A stretch of DNA of 64,000 nt from Eledone cirrhosa (GCA_964016885.1 OZ024743.1:198586001-198650000), one strand, 5' to 3'. Counted from the stretch's first letter, positions 38,212-52,770 are shown. Numbers and translations are program-made. The notes: a model not told the origin generated them from the letters alone.

Positions 38212-38820
38212 ATGGTGGCTGCCAACTCGTTTTCGAGTACGGCCACTACTTTATATCCATGTAGGAGAACCCCTACCGATGCGCTGAACGAGTGTGACTT
38301 TTTAGTCCAGCCAGCGACTTGAAAACTCTGGTACAAACACTACACTTGTGACAATTACTGACACATAGTGCTGGGCCCATGGTACCATGTGACGACAAGT
38401 GCAGAGAGATCTCCAGATATAAAGCAATGCCTGTGCCGTGAAGCTTTTATAGTGAGCAAAGGCACTGCACAAAGCCAGTCCCACTCTCTTAACCAAGATG
38501 ATATTTACCAAAAAGAAGAACAAGTCAACATCATTGGATACCATCAGGGTTGCAGGTGTTATATCAGAGTTTTCCTTCTCCTAGAATTCTGCCTTGACAA
38601 AGGCTAAGGGGTCATCTCTCCCGGTGATTTTGGATGGCCATTGACTCTTAAGAGCTCCTTTGCCCTTTGACAGGTTTTGTTTTTAGTCCTGCAGGATGTC
38701 CAAAGTCACCCTCCTCACCAAGAAACCTTGGTGGGGTTGCCAGTTTAGTCGCCAACGACCCGACCATGGGACAGGTTGTACTGGGATACATGTTACCAGT
38801 AGCACCAACTGGTGACCTGA
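38212..38820 (-). mobile_element. Family R copy (longest)
   Basis: Near-identical to 19053-19648 with ~12 extra bases at the right end. Confidence 0.8.
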
Positions 38821-39036
38821 CATATGCATACACATATATATACACACATGTCTTCATGTACATACATACGCGCTCATGTGTATACATTTTCATACTCAAC
38901 TTATCTTTATATATACACACGTATAGACACACACATATATACATACATACTCTAGTCCATGTGTACACACATACACATACATACACATCCATATACACAT
39001 ACATACATACACATATATATATACATATATATATAC

Positions 39037-39087
<51 letters not shown>

Positions 39088-39238
39088 CATATATACACAC
39101 ATATACATATACACACACATATATATATATATATATATAAGCACTTTAATACATGAATACACTTACATCTAACTATACACATCAAACATATATATATATT
39201 TACTTATTTATATACATTTTCACATATATATACATACT

Positions 39239-39630
39239 TATGGACGTTTTTAGACACATTCATTATCGCATATTTGTACCTATTCTCATCAGCATATCTT
39301 TTCATTATTAGTATGGTAATTTAAGGTTATTAATATATGTTGAGAAGAGATTGTTTTTATATTTTTCTAACTAGATTAAGGTTTATATAGTTGGGGGATG
39401 TCCCTCTTTTATGTAATATTCTGCTTGTAGTGGGAAAAAAGGGTTTTAGTTCTGTGACGGCAGAATAATGTTCGTTCAATTCTGTTATTCAGCAGTTTCT
39501 TCTTGTGTGTGATTATGTAATAAATCTCAAGATTACACAATTTGCAGAAATTTTGGCTCCTGGAAAAGCTTTGGGTTTTAGCTAATTTTTCCCATTTTAG
39601 GGTAAACTTTTGATTGCTATCCCTATTCAT
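39239..39630 (-). mobile_element. Penelope-like 3' fragment of a second endonuclease type
   Basis: ORF 39409-39630 reads LKWEKLAK...CKLCNLEIYYII...LLNNRIE...CRHRTK, a CxLC...CRH C-terminus seen in some PLE GIY-YIG domains. It is followed by a decayed hammerhead TATG-CTGATGA...AAAAAC-GTC^CATA (39239-39296). Confidence 0.7.
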
Positions 39631-39734
39631 TTTCCTGACGTTTGTACATTACCCTATGTAATATACATACACTTTTGATGAGTTGTAGTGCACCTGAGCA
39701 CTGTACACAATATTTTCATTATTATTATTATTAT

Positions 39735-39796
<62 letters not shown>

Positions 39797-39905
39797 ATAA
39801 TAATAATAATAATGAAAATATTGTGTACAGTGCTCAGGTGCACTACAACTCATCAAAAGTGTATGTATATTACATAGGGTAATGTACAAACGTCAGGAAA
39901 ATGAA
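39626..39905. repeat. Perfect 280-bp palindrome centred on a (TA)n tract
   Basis: The ORF track gives the identical peptide on both strands (39649-39843 minus, 39688-39882 plus). Symmetry breaks at 39625/39906. Confidence 0.9.
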
Positions 39906-40145
39906 CAGTGCATGAGTCATGATATACACATGTGTGCATGTGTATGGAAGGGGTACATCAGGTGTAGTTTTTGCGAATTTCGGGAAGCATGAGGCTTTTA
40001 ACGGATGCAGTGTCTCGGCAGCTAACAACTGACGCAGGCAGATTGTTCCATGCTTCAGCAACTCTAAGCGTGAAAAAATGTTTCCGCAGTCATGGGAGCT
40101 GTGCTGTTTTCTATTTTGTAGGCATGTCCACGTGTGTTAGACATA
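39790..40145 (-). mobile_element. CR1-clade LINE 3' end
   Basis: NTRGHAYKI...RKHFFTLRVAEAWNNLPASVV..., then stop, 3' UTR and an (ATT)n tail. Confidence 0.85.
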
Positions 40146-40205
40146 CGGAGATCAAAAAAATATACACATACATATATTCAAAAATATATGCACATACATA
40201 TATTC

Positions 40206-40237
<32 letters not shown>

Positions 40238-40276
40238 CTATCTATATATATATATATATAATTATATTTATATATA

Positions 40277-40472
40277 TGGTTAGAGAATTGGATTCGCAAT
40301 CGTGTGGTTGTGAGTTCGATTCCTGGACCGAGCGATGCGTTATGTCCTTGAGGAAGACACTTTATTTCCCGTTCCCCCGTCTACCTGGACTTGCGACCGA
40401 TAGATAGTATTAGCAATTGGAAAGACCAACAGAAACATTGTTTCCTTGGTCCGATTTGACGAAAGTTGATCG
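40277..40472 (+). mobile_element. CORE-type SINE S2 subfamily copy
   Basis: B-box GAGTTCGATTCC and CORE-like TGTCCTTGAGGAAGACACTT. The 3' part is near-identical to 60600-60690. Confidence 0.85.
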
Positions 40473-40477
40473 ACTGT

Positions 40478-40512
<35 letters not shown>

Positions 40513-40516
<4 letters not shown>

Positions 40517-40768
40517 AAAGAATAGAGGTGTAACACACAAGTTATTATATATTGGTAAACGGAATAGAAAATGCTGACAAATTGTTCACAGTGAAAAATA
40601 GTTTAATTAGGAATAAATGAGAATTAGTAATTGTATTGGTTAGTATTCAGTTTTGGTTTTAAGTTTTACCGGTTGCGCATTTCTAAATGCTTTTCAAAAT
40701 TAATTTTGAGATAGAGCGTCCATGATGTTTGCTCTGATCAGAGCAAACATCACGGACGCTCTATCTCT
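40513..40768. mobile_element. Family F copy with short inverted arm
   Basis: Homologous to 20977-21200. Axis at gctctgatcagagc (~40737), the same position as in copy 1. Confidence 0.8.
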
Positions 40769-41044
40769 ATATATATATCATAGATATATAGATAGATATA
40801 TGTATGTTGTTTAGTAAGTAATATCATTTTTGTATGCATACGTGTATATTTTGAGAGAAAGAATTGTTGTCAACAATAAAATTTGCCTAGAATATTTCTG
40901 ATTTAGTGACTAAGTTAGGGCTATGGTTAAGTTTTATATCTAGGTCAGCTCGCATTGAACAGACTTTTGATCAAAGGCGTTCCACTCATGACCATTCAAT
41001 ATTTTTCTTGTATTATTTTTTCATTATCCTATATCTTAGATTGC

Positions 41045-41260
41045 AGAGTGGTAGATTGGCAGTATCGGTAAAACCTCGGAGAACATCGTTCGCGGGATTG
41101 TGTTAGGGCCCTTAGTTTCTGATTTCATCTCCCGCTCAGGTTAGCTTTGCCTTTCACCCTTACGAGGTCGATAAAATAAAATATCTGTAACGCACTGGGG
41201 CCGATTTAATCGACAACCCCCAAAAGAATGTTGGCCTTGTGCTTAAATCAGAAACCGTTA
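41045..41260 (+). mobile_element. SINE S1, long variant
   Basis: gattggcagtatcggta...gcctttcacccttacgaggtcgataaaataaa. Confidence 0.8.
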
Positions 41261-41409
41261 TATCTTAGATTACATAAGACAATGTTGGATTCTTTGATTT
41301 ATTCTTTGTCTGTTTTTGTTCGATAGTGATAGAGTGTTTAGGGAGATTGGACCGATATTTCTAGTCTATCTACTGAGTCCATCAATAGCTGTTGTGAATG
41401 TGATACAGT

Positions 41410-41600
41410 TTGAATAGATTGTTAGGGCTTTTGTCTCAAGAATGTAAGGTCATGAGGTTTACTCACGGCGGCGTGTTGTGTCCTTGAGAAAGACACCATA
41501 TATCATGTTACTCTGGACCACTCATCTGGTAAACATAATTCATACCTCTCATTCAATGAGCCAGCATGTCGTACACCGTGTCATGCTGAACTTCTATTTA
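41410..41600 (+). mobile_element. Degenerate CORE-type SINE
   Basis: gtgttgtgtccttgagaaagacac CORE-like motif. Confidence 0.5.
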
Positions 41601-42302
41601 GTTCCTTATCAGCTCATGATCGTAAGGTCAAGAATTCTTTTCCCGGCGATACGTTATTATCGCCGTGTAGCCTGGAAGCAGTATTATGCACTCACGTTCT
41701 TCAACACGAAACTGCTTTGTCCAACATTTGCTGGTGAAGAACATAGAAGCGTTTGTTGGTTCGTCTTACGGGTTTCGTTATACATGTATAACAACTATTT
41801 ACTATATGTTCCTCTTCCTCCATTAATTACTACGTTTGCTTGTCTGACAACTGTCTCTCACACAATCCCCATAACTCTGACTTTCTGTTCAATCGCGACG
41901 TCTTGCTGACATTTACCCAGCTCAGTCCCTAATTTGTGACCCCTCGTATTATTTCCGTCTTTATTTTTCTCTCTTCTTTTCTTCCTTTCGTTTTTTTTTT
42001 TTTTTTTTCGCATCATTCTTTCTTTCTTTCAGACCTCGACTCAAAAAGTGGCAACACATTTGTCTGTCTCTTTATCTACACTTATCCTTTTGAACGAATG
42101 TCGGTTCATATTTCTCTCCTTCCTTGCACTACTAACGCCTCACCTTCGTTTCCAGTCGTACAACTGTTCTAGTCCACCACTATGCCGGTGTTTTTCCCCA
42201 TATGCCCTCTTCTGGAGATTGTTCATGTCACCATTCAGCCTGGATATAATGTTATGAACGGAATTGCACCGTTAGTATGTGGCCGATTAGAAAGTGTTCT
42301 GG

Positions 42303-42333
<31 letters not shown>

Positions 42334-42618
42334 TATTTATTAAAATAACAGATTAATATATATATATATATATATTCCTGTCTTAACGACATCACAACTT
42401 TCTCCTCTTGGCCTGTTCCCCCCCCTTTTGGAACTTTCCCCCGTTGATGGGCGTGAGCCCGAAATATTGGGATTAAATCTCCACTACGGTAACCCTTCTA
42501 CCTTTGTTTTGTTTTCATCTTTGTCTCTCTCAATTTTCACTTTTCCTGTTTCTCCTATCTATCATTCACTTCCTACCTCGAGATTTCCCTCTGCATTGTT
42601 GTGGCTTTCTTAACTACG

Positions 42619-42769
<151 letters not shown>

Positions 42770-43015
42770 ACAAAGTGTTAAAACGATCAAATTTTAATTT
42801 AGACCATTTATTAGCTGACAATTGATTCTTCCAGAGGGAAGTCTGATGATTACAGATTTCCCTCTGGAAGAAACAATTGTCAGCTAATAAATGCTCTAAA
42901 CTAAAATTTGATCGTTTTAACACTTTGTATCTCGGCTCTGTAAAACACTTGAAAATGTGCATTGAACCTTTTGTCACACCGGTAACCAGCTAGTACTTAG
43001 TACTACTCTACATAT
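42770..43015. mobile_element. Family H palindromic element with hammerhead motif
   Basis: Arms 42770-42845 and 42853-42930. TTCC-CTCT-GGAA-GAAAC-AATT-GTC^AGCT on the plus strand, with CTGATGA at 42843. Confidence 0.7.
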
Positions 43016-43029
43016 TTATAGTTATATTA

Positions 43030-43108
<79 letters not shown>

Positions 43109-43366
43109 GTGTGTGTTATACTAATCGCCTTGCGAGTTCCATTTAGTAATATCGTTACACGCACACACACCACACTTATACATATATATATTATATATAT
43201 ATATGTGTATGTGTGTGTGTGTGTGTGTGTGTGCGTGTGCGTGTGTGTGTGTGTGCGGGTGCGTGTGTAATGAGCGAGATAGAGAAAAAGTACCTGTAGC
43301 ACCCAGAGGAAACTATTTAGTGTGACTGACGACTGGATCCACCCAAATAAAAATATATTTCCGTAC

Positions 43367-43482
<116 letters not shown>

Positions 43483-43497
43483 GTATATATATATTTA

Positions 43498-43552
<55 letters not shown>

Positions 43553-44230
43553 GGAATAGAATGAAACGAAATTTCATTTCTCACTCTTAGTACGGCACTT
43601 ACTTATTTATATATATATATATATACGAGATATAGATACATATGTGTGAGAGAGTGTGTGTATGTATTTACATAAATAGTTATAACTATAAATATACGAA
43701 TTAATACACCGATGCTCACTCACACAGACATCGTCTGACAGAGAAGCTCACACAAACACACCTAATTCGACTGGGAGCAGCCAGGCGCTAAAATATACCC
43801 AGTAAAAACTAACTAGGAAAACAAATCCATTCAAAAACTCTGATGTGATTTTGTACTTGTGCGCTTTGTGTGTAGGTGTCTGAGATTGCTTGTGTGTAGA
43901 TGCAATGCTGCGTGTAGGGGTGTAATGGTGTTTGTGTATATATGTTTGATGTAAGTGACTGTTTGTTGTGTGCTTGTGTCTGGGATTTTTATGCGTGCTT
44001 CTGTGTGTATATATGTGCTTGTGTGTTTGCATGTGTGTGAATGTGTGTGCGTGTTAGGGGTCTTAAATCCGATGTTTTTTTAATGTATACGTATTGATGT
44101 TTTGCTGCGTGCGATACCTGTAAATGGTGATTATACATACATACACACATACACACACATACACATACATACATACACACACACATATATATACATACCT
44201 ATATATATATATATATACATATATATATAA

Positions 44231-44265
<35 letters not shown>

Positions 44266-44295
44266 CATAATTATATATCTATATACATATAAATG

Positions 44296-44340
<45 letters not shown>

Positions 44341-44354
44341 ATATATATGTATAC

Positions 44355-44462
<108 letters not shown>

Positions 44463-44474
44463 CTGTGTGTGCGC

Positions 44475-44516
<42 letters not shown>

Positions 44517-44539
44517 ACGCACGTATGTATGTAATATTA

Positions 44540-44635
44540 TTTAACTTTGCCCTTCATCCTTACGGGGTCGATAAAATAAAGTACCAGTAATGCACTGGGT
44601 AATTGCTGGCCTTGTGCCTAACGTAGAAACAATTA
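44540..44635 (+). mobile_element. SINE S1 3' half
   Basis: ttaactttgcccttcatccttacggggtcgataaaataaagtaccag. Confidence 0.85.
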
Positions 44636-45158
44636 TTTATATATACATATATATATGTTTATGTGTGTGCTATATCGTAAATATATAATTATAAATACGT
44701 TCGTGTATGTGTGTACGTACGTATGTGTGTGTATGTTTGCCTGCGTGTGTCAGTATGTGTGTCTGTATGTATATGTCACAGTCTGGTTGCGTTCACGTGC
44801 GCCTCCAGTTATATGTGTTCGGTGGTGGTGATGGTGCGTATGTGTGTGTGTGCGTGTGTCTGTATGTGTGTGTGTCAGTGTAAGCGAATTTTTTTTTTTC
44901 ATAGTTTGTATGCTGGAGTGTATTTTGTATAACTTAGTATATATCTGTGTGATATTTATCTACGTAGTATATAACTGTTTCTATTTTAGGCACAAGGCCA
45001 GCAATGTAGTATATAATATTATCTAGATATACGTGTGTGTATGTACTATATGCGTGAATGTCGGTTATACTTATTTGTGTGCCTGCAATTGTATGTGTTT
45101 GTACACAAGGTAAAATTTCTGTTATCTTATTAATATGAATAGACATGTGTGTCTATTC

Positions 45159-45213
<55 letters not shown>

Positions 45214-45281
45214 TAAATAACTATCTCTCTATCTATCTATACTTCTCCCCCCCCCCTATCTCTCTTTCTCGCTCTCTCTCT

Positions 45282-45325
<44 letters not shown>

Positions 45326-45387
45326 ATGGCATGTATATTATATATATGAATATATATATATATATATATATACAGTATATATATATA

Positions 45388-45600
45388 TAGGAAAAAGTAT
45401 GACCCCGACGGCAGAGCTCAAGCCGTTTCGACGGCTATTTCTGGACTGAAAGTCTATGAGTCCAGAAAAAGCCGTCGAAACGGCTTGAGCTCTGCCGTCG
45501 AGGTCATACTTTTTCCTATTTCCCACTCTACTACCCTAAGTATTGAGTACTCTGGTGCGTTATGGTTCATCTGGCTCCTTACCACAATTCCTTTGTTACG
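45388..45600. mobile_element. Family B element with inverted partial arm
   Basis: Axis at ~45452. The plus arm reads atgagtccagaaaaagccgtcGAAACGGC...GCCGTC. Confidence 0.85.
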
Positions 45601-45606
45601 GTATAA

Positions 45607-45653
<47 letters not shown>

Positions 45654-45906
45654 TATATACTTCAAGAACAAGCAAGACAGACAGGGAGATGCAAAAACAG
45701 TTTTATAAGGTTCACGCTTGGGAAGAAATACACATACATTCATACACACACACATACAAACAAGCATACACAGACATATCAACAAGCGCACACACACGCA
45801 CACACGCACACATATATATATGTATATATATATATATACATACATATATAAATACGTGCACATCACACGCTCTCACTGTATATATGTATATACGACTATA
45901 TATATA

Positions 45907-45961
<55 letters not shown>

Positions 45962-46204
45962 CATGTCTATGTGTATATGTGTGAGTGTGTGGGTGTATAT
46001 TCTTGTACGTATGTTTGAGTATATCTATATATATATATATATATATATGTGTGAGTTCGCGTATGTGTGTTTGAGAAATATATGTAAATCTATGCAGTTC
46101 TGTGAAAGTGTGCCTTACACCACCAAGGGAGGCTTCTCAGTAGTCATTTTGTCTGCTAGATATAACAGCCAATTCTTCCTCATATGGAACCATACACTTT
46201 TAGA

Positions 46205-46396
46205 TAATTGTTTATATTTTGGGCACAAGGCCAGCAAATAACACAGTGTATTACTGGTACTTTATTTTATCTACCCCACGTAAGGATGAAAGGCAAAATT
46301 AACGTCGGCGGGATTTCAATTCAACTCAGACCATTAAGGGCCGTAACTCTTTTGCTGCAAACATGGCGGCCGACCCTCTACCGATACTACCAATCC
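46205..46396 (-). mobile_element. SINE S1
   Basis: S1 core and head ccctctaccgatactaccaatcc. Confidence 0.8.
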
Positions 46397-46700
46397 AAGA
46401 TAATGAACTTAGGCATTATGTATCACGTAAGCATATACTATTTCAGGTGGAAAACGTGTGGACATATGTTTCCTCCTTGAGTTCTAGTTAGGGGCTAAAA
46501 AGCAACAGTAAGAAAAACAGCAGCAACATCAACAAAACTAACATCATAACAACATATAAGCTTTTATATTTGAATGTATATATGAATTACTATGCATATA
46601 ATGTGTATGCTTATATACCCTTGTGTATATTATGTGCACTGGTGTGTGGCAGTATTTGTCGGTCCTTTTTATGAATATATACATACATACATAAAAATGT

Positions 46701-47046
<346 letters not shown>

Positions 47047-47117
47047 GTATATATATGTATACATTTTTATGTATGTATGTATATATTTATATAAAGCAAC
47101 TGACAAATACTGACATG

Positions 47118-47157
<40 letters not shown>

Positions 47158-47161
47158 TATA

Positions 47162-47311
47162 TAATTGTTTCTACTATTGGCACAAGGCCAGAAATTACCC
47201 AGTACATTACTGGTACTTTATTTTATCGACCCCGTAAGGATGAAAGACAAAGTTAATCTCGGCGGGATTTGAACTCAGAATGGCAAGGGCCGTAACTCTA
47301 TGCGTCAAAGC
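47162..47311 (-). mobile_element. SINE S1 (5'-truncated)
   Basis: S1 core. Confidence 0.85.
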
Positions 47312-47637
47312 ATATATATAATATATATATTGTATATATTTATATATATGTATATATGTGTGTGTATTTATATATATATATATATATATATACATACATC
47401 ATATTTGTATGTGTGTGCTAATGTGTGTGTACCAATATGTATGCATGTATATGTGCAGTTTTTATCCATGACAACTGATGCTTACCCATGTGCACACAGA
47501 TACACACATACAGTTGCATTCACATTATTCCAACGCACAAACGTATATACACAAGGACACGCACACACACACACACATATATATATATATTTATATGTGT
47601 GTTTGACTGTGCGTGCGTATGTATATATATATATAGT

Positions 47638-47799
47638 ACGTTATTCCGGGTTGAATCGGAGGTAACCACAGTAAGTAAGGTACTCAATACATTGCAGAGT
47701 ATAAAAGTTTTAATATGGATGAGGTTCTACAGGACTAGATTCCTGATGATTTCTAAAGAATGAAACAGCTCTAGTCCTGTATAATCTCATCTATATTAA

Positions 47800-47802
<3 letters not shown>
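47638..47802. mobile_element. Family A palindromic element with plus-strand hammerhead at 47738-47786
   Basis: GATTC-CTGATGA-T-TTC-TAAA-GAA-T-GAAA-CAG-CTCTAGTC-CTG-TA^TAATC. Confidence 0.85.
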
Positions 47803-47838
<36 letters not shown>

Positions 47839-47853
47839 TATATATAGATATAT

Positions 47854-47889
<36 letters not shown>

Positions 47890-48428
47890 AAACACAATTG
47901 TGGCAATACATATATATGGACACACCCAAATAAATAGATCTTTTACTCATATGAAGCCTACAGAACATCACTCTTATGTTCTCTCATACATAAATCCATG
48001 TACACACACATATACATAACTCGGCAGATAGAGGAACAGTTATAAATACACACACACACATATATGTATATACATCTGTGTGTGTATATATATACACATG
48101 AGACATATTTATTAGTCCCACATATATCTACATAATACCGAACAAAACTAATTATCTCTCTACCTACCTATCTATGAATCATATATAATATTATATATAT
48201 ATATATATAATATTATAGAGTACACATACACACTCATACTCACGCACACACATACAGAGTGATAAACATACACAAAACCACCCAGCCAAGCACATACAAA
48301 CATGTGTATACAAGCATAAGTATACGCACATACAAACAGACACACCGGCGGGGCCATGACAAAGTTGTCAGTGGGTCTAAACACTTATCCATACACCTGT
48401 ACAAAAAGTGTCCCCGGAATCCCCAAAG

Positions 48429-48462
<34 letters not shown>

Positions 48463-48526
48463 TAGCCTAAGTATTGAGTACTTTGGTGCGTTAGGGTCCA
48501 CCTGGTTCCTTACCACATTTCCTCCG

Positions 48527-48528
<2 letters not shown>
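48463..48528 (+). mobile_element. Family B 3' terminus
   Basis: taagtattgagtactttggtgcgtta...accacatttcctccgtt followed by (AT)n. Confidence 0.8.
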
Positions 48529-48605
<77 letters not shown>

Positions 48606-48828
48606 CACAGATAGACAGCGAAATCATCAACCCCATCTGTCTCACTTCTATCTGTCGCGCGCCCCCATCAAATATATTTGTTGCATCAATGGCCAACCAA
48701 GGAAGGGTGGTTAAAGAATGTGTAGCATTGGTGGTGGTGCCCGAGCATGGCCTCAGCGCCTCAGCTGGAATGCAAATAAATAAATAAATATATATAATCT
48801 CTTTCTGTATATATCTATATCTATATAT

Positions 48829-48903
<75 letters not shown>

Positions 48904-49082
48904 TAACAGATTAAAGTTTAAGCAAAGAATCGAGCCCTCTTTGGATTTTAGTCTTTAAATTTATTATTATTACTATATATAGATATATATACCCCCCCCC
49001 CCACACACACACACTCTCAAAAGCGTGAAACTAATAAACTCTTAATTGTACTGCCTCTCTGTATTTGTTCCCGTCTAAGTTT

Positions 49083-49131
<49 letters not shown>

Positions 49132-49134
<3 letters not shown>

Positions 49135-49453
49135 ATCGGAGAGAGCTAAAAGCGATACTCCGGCCAAATTCCAACTCACTCAACAAACATTAGGAAATAC
49201 CGGAGTATATTCCCAATTAAACGATTGGGGTGCTAACTATATTGTATTGTGTGGATAATTAGGTGTATTATTTCATGTGTGTGTGTGTGTGTGTTCGGTA
49301 ATTCCGAAGAAAAAGCAAAGGAAAAAAGAGTGCTCTATGTATAGAACAGAGCTATTTAATTAGAAAGTGAACAACACGATATATAACTACTCCATTACCA
49401 AAGCTTTCTGGATCCTAGACAGTATTAGTGTACGTCTGGATCGTTCATCAGAC

Positions 49454-49455
<2 letters not shown>
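49132..49455 (-). mobile_element. Family P element with long-stem-II hammerhead motif (49400-49451)
   Basis: CTGATGA-AC-GATCC-AGAC...GTCT-A-GGATC-CA-GAAAGCTT^TGG. Bounded by TA tracts. Confidence 0.55.
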
Positions 49456-49518
<63 letters not shown>

Positions 49519-49610
49519 GAATAGCTTTCACCGTATTTTTGACTAATGGAATTCTAGCCTGATAATGGGGTTTAGAACCCTCAGATAAATGGAAAAAGAT
49601 GAGTATTGAC

Positions 49611-49650
<40 letters not shown>

Positions 49651-49865
49651 TTATTTGTGTGTGTGTGCATGTGCATGCATGTGCATGCATGTGAATGCTT
49701 CTGCAAATACTATACACTTCCTGGATCAAACTATTGAACTGCAGGTATGCTGGAAATATAAAAATTTCAGTGTGATTTAGTCTATCATATTATCTCCTAT
49801 ACTATTTTCTCTGTTACATATTTTTCAATTTGAACCGTTCTTATTTTAACCGGTAGTGTTCAGCC

Positions 49866-50236
49866 ATAATAAATGAACTACAGTCAAACACACATATACA
49901 TAATAAATGAACTACAGTCAAACACACATATACTTAATAAATGAACTACAGTCAAACACACATATACTTAATAAATGAACTACAGTCAAACACACATATA
50001 CATAATAAATGAACTACAGTCAAACACACATATACTTAATAAATGAACTACTGTCAAACACACATATACTTAATAAATGAACTACTGTCAAACACACATA
50101 TACATAATAAATGAACTACTGTCAAACACACATATACATAATAAATGAACTACTGTCAAACACACATATACTTAATAAATGAACTACAGTCAAACACACA
50201 TATACATAATAAATGAACTACAGTCAAACACACATA
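49866..50236. repeat. 34-bp minisatellite, 11 copies
   Basis: Unit (a/t)taataaatgaactac(a/t)gtcaaacacacatatac. aaatgaacta recurs every 34 bp from 49871 to 50211. Confidence 0.95.
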
Positions 50237-50603
50237 CATACTAAAGTGTGCTTGCACACTCTCATAAAAATACGAACACACACACAAAAACACTCACCCC
50301 ACTCACTATCATTCACACACACATACTCATATATATATTTATGATTTTTTTTTCTCTGAGCCCCTGATAAGCGGTCACTTTTATAAGAAGCTCCTCCACG
50401 ATGCACTGGTGACCCTGACTGGCACCTCTAACCTAAGGTGGCACATACATGAGTAGTGTATGAAAGTTTCTTTATGCTAAATATGTGTATGTTTATCTGT
50501 GTATATATAAATATTTATTTATAGTTGTATGTGGAGAATCACACACACGTACGGACGCACACACACAAAATGATATATACGTGTGAAGGGATGGAACAAG
50601 AAA

Positions 50604-50649
<46 letters not shown>

Positions 50650-50821
50650 ATGTGTGTGTTCGCGTTTGGGTGTGTAACTAACAGTATGTGTGTGTGGGGA
50701 CGTGTTTTCTGACACCTGAGATATTACTAAGTTTCAACATGTGTGTAAATGCATGAGTAACCATGCCATTAACGTGCCTGTTTATACGTTTACATCCAGA
50801 GTGAACACACAGAGTTATACG

Positions 50822-50874
<53 letters not shown>

Positions 50875-50884
50875 GCATACATAC

Positions 50885-50915
<31 letters not shown>

Positions 50916-50990
50916 CATGCATATATGTATATATATACATGGGACACGGGTATGCAATACCTAACTCCTATTAACCTAAGTATATACATG

Positions 50991-51175
<185 letters not shown>

Positions 51176-51199
51176 GCACACACATATATATATATTTAT

Positions 51200-51395
51200 A
51201 TATTTATTAAAATAACAGATTAAAGTTTAAGCAAAGAATCGCTAAGATCCCGTTAAGGGTGAAAGCAGCGATTCTTTGCTTAAACTTTAATCTGTTATTT
51301 TAATAAATATTTGCTCTACGGTTCTTATATATTTGATATATATTTTCCTTATCGAGCCCTCTTTGGATTTTAGTCTTCAATTTTATTATTATTAC
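51200..51395. mobile_element. Family E palindromic element
   Basis: Axis at ~51244, then aagatcccgttaagggtgaaagcagcgattctttgcttaaact. Confidence 0.85.
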
Positions 51396-51613
51396 TATAT
51401 ATTTATATATGTATATATATATATATACATGTATATGTTGTGTGTGCTTCGATGTATGTTTCTTCATCTTTTCTCATGTGTTTTGATTTTTGTGATTGAA
51501 CAGGAAATTATTTCATCAATATCATATAATTCACACGTATATACATACATACTACATCCACTTGCTTAATTATATATATTAATTATATACATACACAAAC
51601 ACACACACATACG

Positions 51614-51649
<36 letters not shown>

Positions 51650-51658
51650 TATATATAT

Positions 51659-51773
<115 letters not shown>

Positions 51774-51894
51774 TGTATGTATATAATTAATATATATAAT
51801 TAAGCAAGTGGATGTAGTATGTATATAAGTGTGAATTATCTGATATTGATGAAATAATTTCCTGTTCAAATATATTTCATTTATATATATATAT

Positions 51895-51970
<76 letters not shown>

Positions 51971-52189
51971 CGGGCTTTCGTCCTGTCCTCCAGCTTCCCT
52001 CTACCACACTTCGCTCATAAGACACTCGTATATAAGCTAGTATAAGATTACACATGATATTGTCAATCCTTCTATCAATTAACCTCTCCCTCTCTCTATA
52101 CATATATAATAATTGTTCCTGCATTTGGCACAAGGCCGGGAATTACCCAATGCAATTAATAAGTATGGACGAGATTCAAATATTCGGGT

Positions 52190-52272
52190 GTGACGCGCAT
52201 TTCGTGATTGATCAGTTCACGGTTCGATCTCTATCGATCGGGCCCGACTCTGTAATCAAAAGCTCATCAGAC
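52190..52272 (-). ncRNA. Hammerhead-like motif with ~60-nt stem II insertion
   Basis: GT-CTGATGA-G...TGATT-ACAG...CTG-ATC-AATCA-C-GAAA-TGCGC-GTC^AC. Confidence 0.45.
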
Positions 52273-52290
52273 TTCTATTTCCATAACTAT

Positions 52291-52429
<139 letters not shown>

Positions 52430-52509
52430 TATATATACTTAGGTATATAAGTATATATATACTTAGGTAATGACGGCAGCAAAACGTCTAAAAATTCGAC
52501 AGATAGATA

Positions 52510-52580
<71 letters not shown>

Positions 52581-52656
52581 ATGTATATATATATATACAT
52601 ATATATATATTGAATATATATGTATACATATAATCACCATGTTCCAATACCTTATA

Positions 52657-52714
<58 letters not shown>

Positions 52715-52766
52715 CCAATTATTCCGGGTTCAATTGGGGGTAACCACAGTAAGTAAGGTACTCAAT

Positions 52767-52770
<4 letters not shown>
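52715..52770 (-). mobile_element. Family A-like 3' terminus
   Basis: ttattccgggtt...ggtaaccacagtaagtaaggtactcaatac. Confidence 0.75.

Noticed and set aside
49866-50236. CRISPR-like array (34-bp repeat)
   Set aside because: The units are contiguous with no unique spacers, there are no cas genes, and the context is eukaryotic.
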